A stretch of 64,000 nucleotides of DNA, from contig JBLDXI010000054.1 of assembly GCA_047495785.1 (NCBI GenBank), positions 806,001 through 870,000 on the forward strand. Direction: 5' to 3'. Origin of the DNA: Lepidodermella squamata. Lineage: Eukaryota; Animalia; Gastrotricha. Position 1 is the first letter of the stretch. Every line of letters starts with the position of its first letter. Positions 49,199-61,972 of this stretch are shown one piece after another. A program made the position numbers and the translations under genes. The notes under the pieces are model-generated. The model was given only the letters and a program-made list of their open reading frames with translations. It made no database searches and had not been told where the DNA came from.

Positions 49199-52047
49199 GT
49201 TTCCGAGGGTGATTCCGAGCTGAGATCTACCTGAGATCTAGGCCTATCATAACCCTATATCACATTGGCCCTATTTGCTAGTGAACGCAGACACGGCAAA
49301 CCGTGCCGTAGTCCCATCCGCAGTGCATTAAGGTTTCTCTGCATTACGGTCACGTTTTGCATGCCGTTTTGCAATAATTTTTAGAAATTTCTTAGAGTGC
49401 GTAAAGCGTTAACCATGCACATACACGACTAGTTCTAACCGTAACCTATTCTCGTTTATGCGAGAGAATCGTTAACGTTTCGCATTCTGGCAAAATGAAC
49501 TTTGTTAAATTTCGTAGGGCAATTTTTCAAGTCTGAGCCTGAATATAGTTCATAATTGTATGAATTCCGATGATGAATTGGGGGACGTGAGACACGTAAA
49601 GTAACGCTATCATGTTGACACTAGTAAATATTGGTACCCACCAGACGAGTAGGAACTGGCCTGCCGAGGGTTTAAGGTTCTGTGAATGAAGCCGGCAAAT
49701 CCAAATCAGTTAGGACTCGCGTTTGCGTAAACGTAAGCTGAATATAGCCCAAGTTATCGAGGGCCGTCGTATATATTTCTCACCAGTAAAGCCGGTTTCT
49801 ACTGCAATGGCTATGAGAGAGGAGGAGCTTCACGGATTCTTTACAGCAGTTTTTCGATCTTGTTGCTTTACAGTAAAAAACAGAGAAATGTGATTTCCTA
49901 CTACTACCAACTACCTATTCTCTGAAAAGGATGAAAAGGAAATTCGCTCTGATTCATTTTCAGCACAATTCTTGGAGTTAACATACGCAGCGTTCTCATA
50001 AGACAATTTTATTCAGTCTTCCTGTAATTCAAAACAGGCGGCGAGGTTTTGAATAATCTTGTATAGCTTCGTATCATCCGTAATTAACTTTATTATCGAT
50101 TTCAGAATACACCAGTGCAAAAAAACGAAAACCGTTTTATTTTGTCGAATTTTTTCCTCAAAATGCCAAAATTAAAAATTAAATTAAATTAAATTAATGC
50201 CAGCTAGCGAAAATATTCACTATGGAAGAGACTAAAGTCGAGGGCACAGTAAAACAAGGCGATTGTGAACCGTTCGAGCGTTAAACACTGCGTTGAAGAC
50301 GTGCGACTTCATCACCAGTGGCAACGCGGAGAGCAGAACTCTTACAAGCGGCAATTCAAAGCGGACGCCGGCTCCTGGATGCCTTGGAACTTGGAAATGA
50401 GACATATGAGACTGGACAAACGAGACAGTGCACTAACGCGAGCACTGTTATCGAGACGGACATGCAGAATAGCTCGCAGACAGTTCTTTCAGATGGCGGA
50501 GTTCGCGGCAGACACAAAGGAAACAAACACTAACGGCAACGGTGGCAACGGAACGAAAAAGGGCCAGTCAGGTGAGCGGTACGTGGCAATCGGAAATCCT
50601 GGCTGACTGACACCCCAGCGTAACCTGTAACAACGATTCCCACAACGATGCCCACACCCCGGTCGATGTGGGGATTCCAGTTCTAACGTCGATCGAACAG
50701 AATTCGAATATACAGAATTCCCAGTTTTCGAATAAGGACAGCCTCTTGCGGGATCACTGCAGTGCCTCCGAATTCGATCTTCACTATACGGGGGAACGAC
50801 GGGAAAATGCAAAAACTCACTCTTAGCGCTAAATTGCTGAAGCCACTGACTAGCCCAAACGGCGACGTTGTCAATCTGTGGGAACCTAGCGTCGGGGCTG
50901 ACTACCGCCAAATCGTCGGCAATAATCGCATCCAACTCACTGCCATGAGGATCACGGGCATATACCTTGTTTTCCTTGTTTTGCCCCATGTTCCTTGTTT
51001 TTGCCTCTTCATTCACGTTAAAAAAAACCGGTTTTCACTTGTCGCCTAGCACCTTGAAATTTATTTAAGCCTAAATCTGAGTTATTCAACGACGCTAACG
51101 ACATTTTGTACAGCCGCCCGAGGTGAAACTGCAGGGGACCGCCGCCCTTTACTGGGGAAAAAACCGAATTGGCTTTCCGCTATCAGATTACCGTTGTCCT
51201 TTACCGTAATTTCATGCATTTTTACATAGAATTTTTGGTAAGACTGTTCTGTAATTCCCCTGCGACGAAATACCACCACTCTTTTTAGAGATAGGTGCTA
51301 CATTTGCGCTTCGAAGGTCGGACAACCGCAGTCACAAGCAGGTTGAAAATAGTGTCAGTAAATCTCTCTGAAAATTTACAATCTAATCGCTTATATCGTT
51401 GGGATAATAGTGAACAGACACGAAGCGTTCTGTCTTCATCGCATTACCATTTCGCAAGCAGCAAGGCATTTTCTGAACATTTGGTTTAGAACGTAAACAA
51501 TGAAAAGACTCAACGCGTTCTGCCCGCAAAGCATTCCCATTCTGTATCCTGACAATTCCTTTATCTGCGAGAGCGAGAGCAAAATAGCGCAACAAAGACG
51601 CTACAAAAAAGCATGACGCGATTTGTCAACTTTCGGGTAGAAGTTAGGCATCCGGTACAATTTAGGCGTATTTCTCATAGAAAACGCCAAGACATTTATA
51701 TATCGCATTTTTCTGCTTGTGTTTCACTGCAAATATAATGTGTATTCGAAAACAAATTAAAAACAAATTAGAAATAAAAACCGAAGAATCTCGCATCCAT
51801 TTTTCACGGTGGATTAACCCTTTCACGGCGGGAAGGACGATTTCGGAATTTCGGCTTCGCAGAAAATTGAATTTGATGAATTCTTGATCGCCCTTTTGAG
51901 CAAAATTGCTTTTCGATGTTGGCTACAAGGTTTTGAGACCAGGAACCCGTTATCTTTCATGGTCGGGACATACTAGCAATTATAGTCTCACTGACATCAC
52001 TGATGTTTTCGAGTTGGAAATAAAAATGACGACGCTATTGAAAATTG

Positions 52048-52200
52048 CAGGGTTCCGACTAGGTTCAGCTCTGAGGGGGGTAAATCGAGCATTTTGAGAC
52101 CAAATTTTGAAAATCAACAGGGGGACCCTTACGTTTTCCAGAAATTTTCGAACGCCAAGGGGGTTTGTTTACCCCCTTACCCCCCGTTCTCGGACCACTG
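52048..52200. mobile_element. hAT-type MITE, family B, second copy
   Basis: Colinear with 39888-40050; 8-bp TSD GAAAATTG at 52040-47 and 52201-08. Confidence 0.92.
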
Positions 52201-52635
52201 GAAAATTGATCAAACCTGCCGAATTCGTCCTATCCGCCCAGTCTTATACAGGTCGAGTGCGTAATTTTTGTGCTGCAAAAACGGTCACAAGAAACAACTG
52301 GAAAAGCTGAATTCTGATCTGAATGCTGAGCCTCCAAAGCTTTTTAAACTAAATTTCCAAAGCTGAAGGCGCCTGACACAGAAATTAGGTTGTTCAAAAA
52401 ATCGGCTGAAATAAGCTGTGCGGATAAGGCGATTTCGGTCAGTTTTTGTACAGCCTCAACGGTGATAGATAGAGCTAAACGGATTTCAAAATCGTGATCA
52501 GGGCCTTCGAAAATCCCTAGAACTGCCGTTTCTATTTAACTAAATCTCAAGATGACAAGATGGCTGATGAACCCTCGGATCTTGTTTATTATTAATTATT
52601 ATTAACTTTTCGTCATTTCCGCCGCAACCTCGTTA

Positions 52636-54918
52636 GCGTTTCGGTATAACTCTCCATTTGACGGTAACTCCATCTCGCCATTGTTCTCTAGTTGCGGTAA
52701 ACCATTTACCGTAAACGGCACTACCTCGACTCTGAAGCATACATTAACTCGCGCGCGGTAAAATTAAATTTTCTGCGGTAAATTCAGCTCATATTGTGGA
52801 GGAATAGAAATAATGGAGTCGGAACTGCGCGCTGCGACAAAGGTGGTGCACGCGCGCAGCCGCTCGCGTCTTGGCTCGCGTTCTTACAATAGAGCGTGTT
52901 ACGCAACCACTGTAGAGCATGAGTATAACAAAAAAATTGCCTATTGGTTTAGGGTGTTATAAAATGACGCGTTGCCATGGTGTGCGCGGGGGATTCATCC
53001 ATGCTTCTTGCGCTCGCTGTGTCAGTCTTACAGTAAGTGTAAAGACAAAGGGTGCGTTTCTTTATCTCAATTTTATTTCTTTTTTTTAAATAAAATGAAA
53101 ATAAAATGGTCGTTTCATTGATATTCATCGTTTATAAATTTTTTGTGTTTTCACGTTTCTTATCGTCATTTTATTTTATAAAATGGCGCAAATAAAGCAC
53201 GCGTTTCATCGATAAAATCCATTTTTTTAGCTCAAGGAAAAACAGGGGGTAGAGCCGTTTTAGTCTTTTTTACACTTGTATTCTGAGGCTTTTCTGCGGA
53301 AAAGCGTCCATTTTTATATCGTCTTATATAGAATTGCGCTCGTAGAAGAGTTCAGCGGAACTTGTTGGTTCGACAACGTCACTTCTCTATTGAGCAGTGA
53401 CACTTCAGCAACTGCCACTATAGCAGTTGTGTTATTCAGCAATACAACTATAGAGCCCACGTCATTTCAGTTGAGGTTTTTTAAGCTAACGATATCTATA
53501 AATTAATTATTAATTTAGGGTCGTTATATTCCTGCTTAAATAAGTACGCGTTTTTTGATATTCATACTTAAATAAGTACGCATTTTTTGATATTCGTACT
53601 TAAATAAGTACGCGTTATTTGATATTCGTACTTAAGTGGCTTTCCGCTTACGTAATATTCGAAATTTTTCGACCATAATATTCAGCTTTTAAAACTGAGT
53701 AAGAATCATATCTCACCCAGGAAGCTGAGATAACTTGGACTTGTCAAATTTGATGGCAAAATCTGGAGTTTCTTCCTATTTTCATAAAGTTGGATCTAAG
53801 GTTCAGGACCTTTCAGGTTTCCTGAGCTTTCCAACCCTAATTTCATGTTTTTGGATGCAAATTTGACAAGTCCAAGTTACCTCAGCTTCCTGGGTGAGAT
53901 ATGATTCTTACTCAGTTTTAAAAGCTGAATATTATGGTCGAAAAATTTCGAATATTACGTAAGCGGAAAGCCACTTAAGTACGAATATCAAATAACGCGT
54001 ACTTATTTAAGTATGAATATCAAAAAACGCGTACTTATTTAAGTACGAATATCCACTCCGATTAATTTAAGTGTTGAATCTTTGCTATACGAGCGGAGCG
54101 AGCATGCCCAGCTCCACCTCTATAGCTTTTTGAAGGTCCATTGTATTTGAATAATAATAAAAATAATTAACATAAATTTAGCTGATTTGTCGAGTGGCTA
54201 AGTTGTCGCTTCGCTCAGCTCAGTTCGCGCAAATATCTTAGAGCCTTTAATTCGACGAATGTGGAAAACTTCTACTGCCCAAATATATTATTACAAATCT
54301 TTTGCGGAAGTGGCAGTTGCTGAAGTGTCGCCTGCTCAATCGGCAATGCTGAGGTGAAGTCGTTGAACTACGTTCTACTGAACTTTCCTAAAACCTATAA
54401 TGTTTCGATGGGACGAATTTGAGATCGGCGCTTCCCCGGACGCTCTCATGCTCCTATGGGCTTAGGGCAATCACGTTCATACGTTCAAACTACGCTCAAA
54501 ATATTCATTTTTTTCATTTCTTTATCAGTGCGTAGTTTATAAACAGCACGTGTCGTTTCATTCACATTTTCTTTTCCAAAATCATGAAAAAAATGTGATA
54601 AAGAAATGACGTTTTATTTTATAAAATAAAATGGAAAAAGAAATGATATTTATTTTAATTTTAAAATTTAAAATGATAAAGAAATGTCAGTGTTTAATTT
54701 TAATTTTAAAATAAAAAATGGCTTGTGATAAAGAAACGCACCCAAAAAATCTTGCGTTAAATAGTAGCTGCCACAAGTGCTTCTACGGTAAAACTAACGC
54801 CGCGTGCGGTAAAATTTACAAACGTGGCGGCGTTCGTTTTACCGCAGAAGCATTGAGGTGACCTTGTTCGCGCTGCGGTAAAATAATTACCGTCAAATGG
54901 AGAGTTATACCGAAACGC
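52636..54918. mobile_element. Nest of inverted-repeat elements (outer 52636-54918; inner 53050-54743; core palindrome ~53535-54051)
   Basis: Outer TIR GCGTTTCGGTATAACTCTCCATTTGACGGTAA; second TIR GGGTGCGTTTCTTTATC flanked by AAA; third pair CACTTCAGCAACTGCCACT (53401 / 54309-54327); core ~200-bp arms with ~33-bp tandem units; flanks rejoin as in the homologue at 46247-46390. Confidence 0.82.
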
Positions 54919-57900
54919 AAGCGACCTGTCCAGTCCAATGTTCCGATGGTCTCGGAGAATTTTTTTTACAAGAAATTGGCTAGCAATACTTCTGAAGACA
55001 GACGGTGCTGTTAGTAGCACGAATCGATTGGCGGAAAGCTACAGACGCACAAGTCCATCTCGTTAAGTTGTGTAAACTCTCGAAGATTAAATTTCCTGCG
55101 ACCACAGAAAATTGAAGGTCCTCTTTTTCTTTTCACGTGCGAGATTCTCGCCGACTATTCGGCTGTCTGATAACTGTGAACCAAAAAACGCTTATATCAG
55201 CCCCATTTATATGGCGCATGTATCTTGACATTTCCATGAAAACAAATCGCATCCAAGGCCGATTTGACCGAATATTCATTTCAGAACTGTGGTTTTCAGT
55301 TCAGGGAAGATGAATAGGATCGCTGCATATAAGTAATCGCTGCGACAATTATGGCAATTTCAAACGCGTTCTGTCAGCGACGCATTACCTTTTCTTTGCG
55401 AGCTACCTCCACGCTCCGCATCGGCGCAATGAATCTTTTGTTGAGAGCATAAACAATGAGGAGACACGATGCGTTTTGTCTGCGACACACTCACGGTTCA
55501 GTTAAAGCGTGAGGTGTGAAAAATGAACACGGGCGTTCACTTCGATGTGCATTCCTGTTTCTTTGAGAGTCACTTTCACGTTTCGCATCGAAGCAACGAC
55601 ACTTTCGAAAATCCAATTAACAGTCCGAACCTATATGCCTAAGCTCACTAAATGTCCCGAAGACATTCCTTACAGTTACCGCCTTCGCTGCTCAAAGTTG
55701 AAAGGGGAAAATTCAAACACGTTGCCCTGAATTTGCATAAAAGCTAATACTCAATTCTCTGAAACTGAACTGCGCCATTAGAACGCATTTATAGCTAGCT
55801 AACTAAAACTATTTACATTCCAGGTAGCTCTATCCGATTACACCCAAGCCTGCGACGCGCGGACGGGCTCAAAATCACGGTAGTGGTCTTACTGTTCCAA
55901 TTTATCGTGTCACCCGAAGCTAAAATTCCAGCAGTTTTCGGTTATCGAAGCTCAAGATTAAGCATTGAAAGCTGTGCCCCTATTGGCATATTTCTGACTT
56001 TATTTTACTATTACCGATTATATAGCCTCACATATACGTCAAAATTTATGATACAATCAACAATCTAAACAGGCGATACAAAACTGATGGTAGAAAAGAT
56101 AATATACGCCGTTTCACCAAAAAGAGTGCTCACGGTCCAGAAACGATTTGTAGCCAGTCCCGTGGGTCGTGTAACAGGCTCTGCTGGCTAGGTTTTGGTT
56201 GTCGCGTAGATGCCAAGATGGGCATTCATCGGCAAGAGGTTTACCGCAGACGTAGTGGATGTTGACCTGAGGCAGATTCTGACTATTTAGCTCAAAGCGT
56301 ACCGGAGGAGGCGAGAGTTGCCATATCTACCGACGCTCGCTTCACACTTAACCGGGCTTAAACGAAGCCGCAATTGTTGCACCACGCTTCGATCTTCGAT
56401 TGAGCTTTCTTAGCTTTCTATGCTGACTGCAATTGAGTAGCCGAAGAGGTTTTTTGTCGTAACGAATGCGTTGCAGACAGAACGCGTCGAGTCTGAGAAT
56501 TTTGATCAATAAGCCAGCAACCGTCAGCAACCGAACACTCGCACTGCACTGTGAGCTGAAGGCGCTAGGTGAGTTGAAGATTGGGGTTCGGGGTCGGACG
56601 AGACCAACTGCTCGATGTCACCCATCGTTGACACAAACTGATCAAGTAACGAATAAACAAGTTCGAAGGACGGCAGAAACGGCTGAAGATCGCGGCCGGC
56701 TTCAGGCTTTATCGAGCAGCTACCGGATAGACGGATTCACGGCAGCCGGGTTTGGGTTTGGGTTATCCAACGATGTCACGGCAAATTTTACGGGCCTCCT
56801 TCACAAAAATGCGAAACTCTCACAGCCATGTTCGCAAATCTGACATGAATAACAGCAAATGACTGACATAAATGAACGACGCAGAAACTCCCCTTCGGAG
56901 TCCCCTTCAGATTCTCCCTGTCTGCTTTGATTGCCAATTAGAAAATTACGATAAGATAAGGCAGCGGTTCCCAACTTTTTGTCTCGTGGAACACTATAGT
57001 GTCTGATGAGAATGGCTCGTAGGACAACTTGCTAAAATGAATGAAAACCGGTTTTGACTGGGTACAATTTTGTCATTTCGAGACACAAGTATCCTCCAGG
57101 ACACTTAAAATTTAACATCAAGTACACGAGTGTCATATGTCCTATTGGTTTGTGAAAAGGTAAGGTTACATGCATTTTTCCTCTTTTTCCACTTCTGTCT
57201 TAACCATGAAGTTCCCCGCGCCCACATTTGGACCATCTGTCCGAACCCATATGAGTAAGCTCACAAAATTGCCCCTCAGTTGACATCGCTGTTCAAAGTT
57301 GAAATATAATTAGTTATGAAGACCGCAAGCCAAATGAAAACTGCACCTGAATAATCGTTTGACGCTGGACTGTTGAAAGAAAATTCAATAAATTCGGCAG
57401 ACCGTCATAACAGCAAATTCCCGAAACAACAAACGCGACATAATAGAAAAACGTTCTACTTGGGACATGACAGCAGAAACACATTGCATCTTTTACATAG
57501 TAAGTTTTCGCTGGTTTGTCGCGAAATATGAAAATTGCTGTCTTGTCGCACTCGCTGTTTTGCGCCGTTGCCGCGTACCATGAATTCAATTCAGTAAAAT
57601 TTCACATTCGGCAGTTATAAAAATCTCCAGGTGGATTTTTCACCCTGAAAGCCGGAAATATTATGCTTGCCGCCCTCGCTCACCTGCAGAATAAGCCCTC
57701 TATTCCCTCCCTATACTCTACCTGGTGCGATCTTTTTGCTCAAATAATGAATCATCACCATGCACAAAATGCGGCGATGATTTTTATTTATTTATTTATT
57801 TAGAAGCTATTACACCCGAAGAGGGAAGCTTGACAAAGTATAAGGAAAACAACATATAATTGCAGGATAGCATCACATTAAGGACAGGAAAAAGTGTTGA

Positions 57901-58206
57901 AGAAGAAACAAAGTTATAAAATTAGGATTAGAAATACACTTCAATGTGTATATATAATAATGATAGGTAATAGTAAAAATCGCAACAATAGTGTAATAAA
58001 ACAAAACAGCATTTCAGCAGTATAAAAATAAAGTGTATTCAATCAGGTCCATTTCAGTGTCAGAACTTAAATCAAATCAAAATTAAATCAGATCAAAAAG
58101 GATGATCACTGGGATAATTTAGCGACATTTATTCCGTAGTAGTAGTGTTCGCACTAAGACTCCCATTAATCCCTGACAGATCTGCTGTACTTTGGATCTC
58201 CGCACA

Positions 58207-58362
58207 TAGTGCGCGAAGTAGGATCCTCGAGCTAGGGGGTATTTTTAGGCTCAATTTTTATGACCAAAGGGTCCCCTTTTGTTTTTTAGGGGATTTTCCC
58301 CTTTGGCCTTGTGAACTGGAGGATACGAATACCCATCATTCCCACCCGTACTTCGCGCACTG
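58207..58362. mobile_element. hAT-type MITE, family A, second copy (opposite orientation)
   Basis: TIR (T/C)AGTGCGCGAAGTA; 8-bp TSD TCCGCACA at 58199-206 and 58363-70. Confidence 0.9.
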
Positions 58363-58836
58363 TCCGCACACCAATTCCATGAGGCCATCAGGCGGACGCT
58401 CTCAAGGTCCTCGCACAGCGGCAGCACGAACTGGGCAGCGTTGGTGGTGAAAAGTAACTGGCACCTGGCTGCAAAATGCCACCTAAATTGCATCATTCGG
58501 CCCCGAATTCAAATGACCTTTCAAAGTATTCACCGCTGTTGTTTTTGAGGTTTTCATTCAATGAACTTGCGAGACCTCGGGACATCACCGAACACGGGCA
58601 TGATTTTCAACTTTTTTGTTGAAGCCTTTTGCCTGAAACCTTGAACTCTTTGAATTTTAAGAGACGGTCATATAGTGAGAACATTCATGTTTATGACCCA
58701 TCAAATTTATTGAACCTGACAAGAACGAGCGGAAAACAGGATCAGCACAGTAAGCCAAAACAAAATCAACGTTGGCGGCAAGTGCGTAATGTTGTAAGTT
58801 TTCCACTCATTTTAGTAATTCAGCTTGGTAAATGTC

Positions 58837-59695
58837 TTAACCGGCACAAGTATCGACGGTGAAGCCAGCAACAACAGCTGCAGACGCGTAGGCGCCTGAA
58901 GTAGTCGCGCAACAGAGCGAAAATGAGGCGAATGCCGAAGTTGCCCATGTCGGCTAGAAAATATACGAGTTCAGGTTGGTATTACATATTCATCTTGAAA
59001 ACTTACAGCGGCAACAACAGTACCAACAACTTGAGTTGATTGACCCGTAGCTAGGCAGGAATTCGGGAACCGAACGCAAATACCTTTTTGACCTGAAGCG
59101 GAGACGCACACCTTGTATGGGGTCGCGTCAGCTGCGGCCATACAGTACAAAAGCTGATTTGTCGACTGTTTGTAATAGTCATAGACTACGTTAGAGGCGC
59201 CCGCGGCAGTGCAGCAAGCAGCGAAGGTGTCGTAAGATGTCGGGGAAACACCAGTCACGGTCTGGTATTAAACATCGAAACCTGAAGGCTATTCGGAATG
59301 GATACTAATATTAACTCTTTACCTGAGCTGTCGGTGTTGTTGTGCATGCAAGCCCAGCCCCCGATGTGCAAAATTTCACGACTTTCGCAACGTCGGCACC
59401 TGTACCGGACGTAGTGATCTGGCATAAGTTGTATTGGCCCTGAAAGTAAAACAATCGATGGAACCTCTCTTGAAACATTTTAGAGCGATTTTACTTTATC
59501 AGTGCAAATTTGAGTCGCCGTGCAAGCTGTTGCTGCACAGGTTGTCCCAGAAGCACAAGTAGATGCGCTAGGGCAGGTTGGGCAGGAACTGGAAGAGCCT
59601 GTTGGGCATGGCGTGGTGGTAGTAGATGGAGGGCAAGCTTGGCTAAGAGCCAACAAGCCAGCTAAAACCAAAATTGCACAGTTTGCCATCGCCAT
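58837..59695 (-). CDS. Secreted Cys/Thr/Ala/Ser-rich protein, paralogue C (~229 aa, 20 mature Cys); exons 59695-59495, 59439-59323, 59261-59007, 58953-58837
   Basis: Signal peptide ending LALSQA|CP; three phase-0 GT-AG introns; motifs KFC, FAACC, DATPYKVC, CVRFPNSC, FSLCC, GFTVDTC. Confidence 0.88.
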
Positions 59696-61972
59696 CAATA
59701 CTAAAAGCAATATTGAAGGTAGAAAGAGAGAGAGAGAATGATCTTTGCACATCTCTCAGGCCCATCATATTGCTGCACCTTGTCTTGTCTCATACTAAAT
59801 CTGGTAATTATGAGACAGTATTCAAATTGATAAACGCTATATTAAGTTGTCTGTCCATTCGACACACATACGACAGGGCTCAGACTTAGTATTCCAACAT
59901 TATATTCCAACAGGATAATTTACACCTTAATCGCGGGAACCTGACGACGTCATTTCAAGCGGAAAAGTGTTGCAGAGTGAGCTAGGTTATCCTGAATCGA
60001 TGCAGATTTTAGCAGAATAGCATAATATGATGAACGAACTGATTAGCAATGACTCTTCTGCGGCAAACCAAGGAAGCTGTCGTCGTTGGGTATCTGTTGC
60101 ATAGATCGAAGTAGGATCGCTGAACTGGTTGGAATAACAAAATTCGACATAAGGGTCCTCACTATGGTCTTTGACTGAGCTCACCCTGCGGACCCTTCCA
60201 TCCCTTGATCCCTTCCACCCCTAGCAGTACTTAGCTCTCTGATCTGTTGCGACTTTGAAATGTTGACGAATCACCGATGAAAAATCGTTACTATCATTAT
60301 GTATTCACCGATCCTAAATTACCTCGTTCCCGATGGAGGTGGCCAGTTTGTGTAGCAAAGATGAACATATCACCGACAGAGTCACAATTTTGTCATTAAT
60401 AAACGAGACAAATTTCAGCTTTTTCCAGCGAATGATTCAATGTTAGAAGTTAGAGAACCCATCAATGCACAATAATCTCCGACTCCAGAATTTGAAATGA
60501 CCACCCTAGGCTCTGAGACCTGAGATGTAGCTGGACGCCGTTTTGATATTTCTTTTCATGGCTGAAAATGTTCTAATTAACAGCAATCGCGAAGTGTGTT
60601 TCTTCTATGCGGTGGTCCGGTTTGGAATTTTAGAGCCCAGCATTTGCAAAATATATCATAAGAGTTGACCATTACGTTTTCTGCAAAATTCGCATATTGT
60701 CTAGGCTAGGAGGGTTCGTTTTACCCTCGGAACACAGCTTCTACGATGACCAAACTATCTGATTTATTAAAATCACAGATGTTTACGATGAGTTGTTTAT
60801 GGCACGATAGAGAAAACAGCGAGAACGGAAAGATCACGATAGAGAAAACAGCGTGTTTTGAAAAATTGACGAAGCAGTAGCCTGAAATATTTGATTTTTT
60901 CGCTCAGCTGAAAATCGAATCTGGCATGGAATCTGGCATGGAATTTGTCTTCTCACCTCATCTGCCATTAGCATTCCTCTTATCCTTCACCTTCTCCCTG
61001 ACCGTTAAACCTTACGCAGCCGATAATTTCGCTCATATGCCTCCCCAATAGTGTAGTCCGTGCACTGTCTCAGACAAGCGCGTGTCCCCGTTGTTCCGGC
61101 GCCTTATTTGTCATGTCTGTTTGTTGTTGTTGGTTTTATTTTGCTTCTAAATTTATTAACTGTACATGTCGGATAAGGACAATAAAAAAGATTTTCGTTT
61201 CGTTCGTTCGCATGGAAAATTAAGATTAGGAAACCCAAATTATCAATATCAAAACCAAATGTATACGATCCATGCGCAATCCTTAGAGTTTTTTCTCATT
61301 CATTTCCATCTGGTACCGCTGTATCTGGTAGCATCTGGTAGCAATCGACCCTTCTTGTCGCCCAACACAAGCAATGGGCACTGATGCCCACAGGAGAACC
61401 AACAAGACATTTAAAAATTACAACGACCTCTATTATTTGATAAGTGAATAAAGGTACGACAATGCTCGGCGTGTCATGTTCAAATGTTGTGCGAAAAGCT
61501 GAAGAACAATCCGCGTCTTTTGCGTGTTTGTCTTTGTCTTTGTTTTCCGCTCACCAATAGATAGCATGACTATATCCGGCACTGTTTTCAATGCACGATG
61601 TGAATGCAGGTATGACAATCTGCGTCATGTCAGTTTGAGAACTTACCGTATTAAAAAGTATCGCATCGGAGGGGTGTCTTTGGACAAAACGTGTTTTAAC
61701 TCGAACAGTAAAATCAGCCTTTCCTTCTAAGCGCTGAAATTCTCACCAGAGGTAGGCAAGGTGTCTAGAATTCAGATTTGAGAACTCTTTCAAACTGCTT
61801 TTTGCGTCTCAATTATTGATAAAGCTCGCTTGATTTATTCACATCTGGGATTCTTCGCACTCGATATGGCCATTGCGACTCGACTGTCAACTCGACTGTG
61901 TGCTACGATTCTCACATTTGAACGAAATACTCCCGCAATATTCACAAATAAGTTGAGTCCTGGTATGAATAA

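Larger units (their letters stand above)
37650..56500. repeat. Region of diverged segmental copies
   Basis: Homologous blocks: 37650-38200~41400-42300; 38540-38880~42335-42665; 39330-40640~49965-50600; 42830-43450~50570-51270; 43905-44640~51285-51680; 41150-41380~46450-46670~55330-55560. Confidence 0.8.

Noticed and set aside
51814-51835. piggyBac-like end TTAACCCTTTCACGG
   Set aside because: No matching opposite terminus found in the window.
37940-56495. CRISPR-like array interpretation of the recurrent hairpin motif
   Set aside because: Eukaryotic context, degenerate repeats, irregular spacing, spacers duplicated between blocks, and no cas genes.
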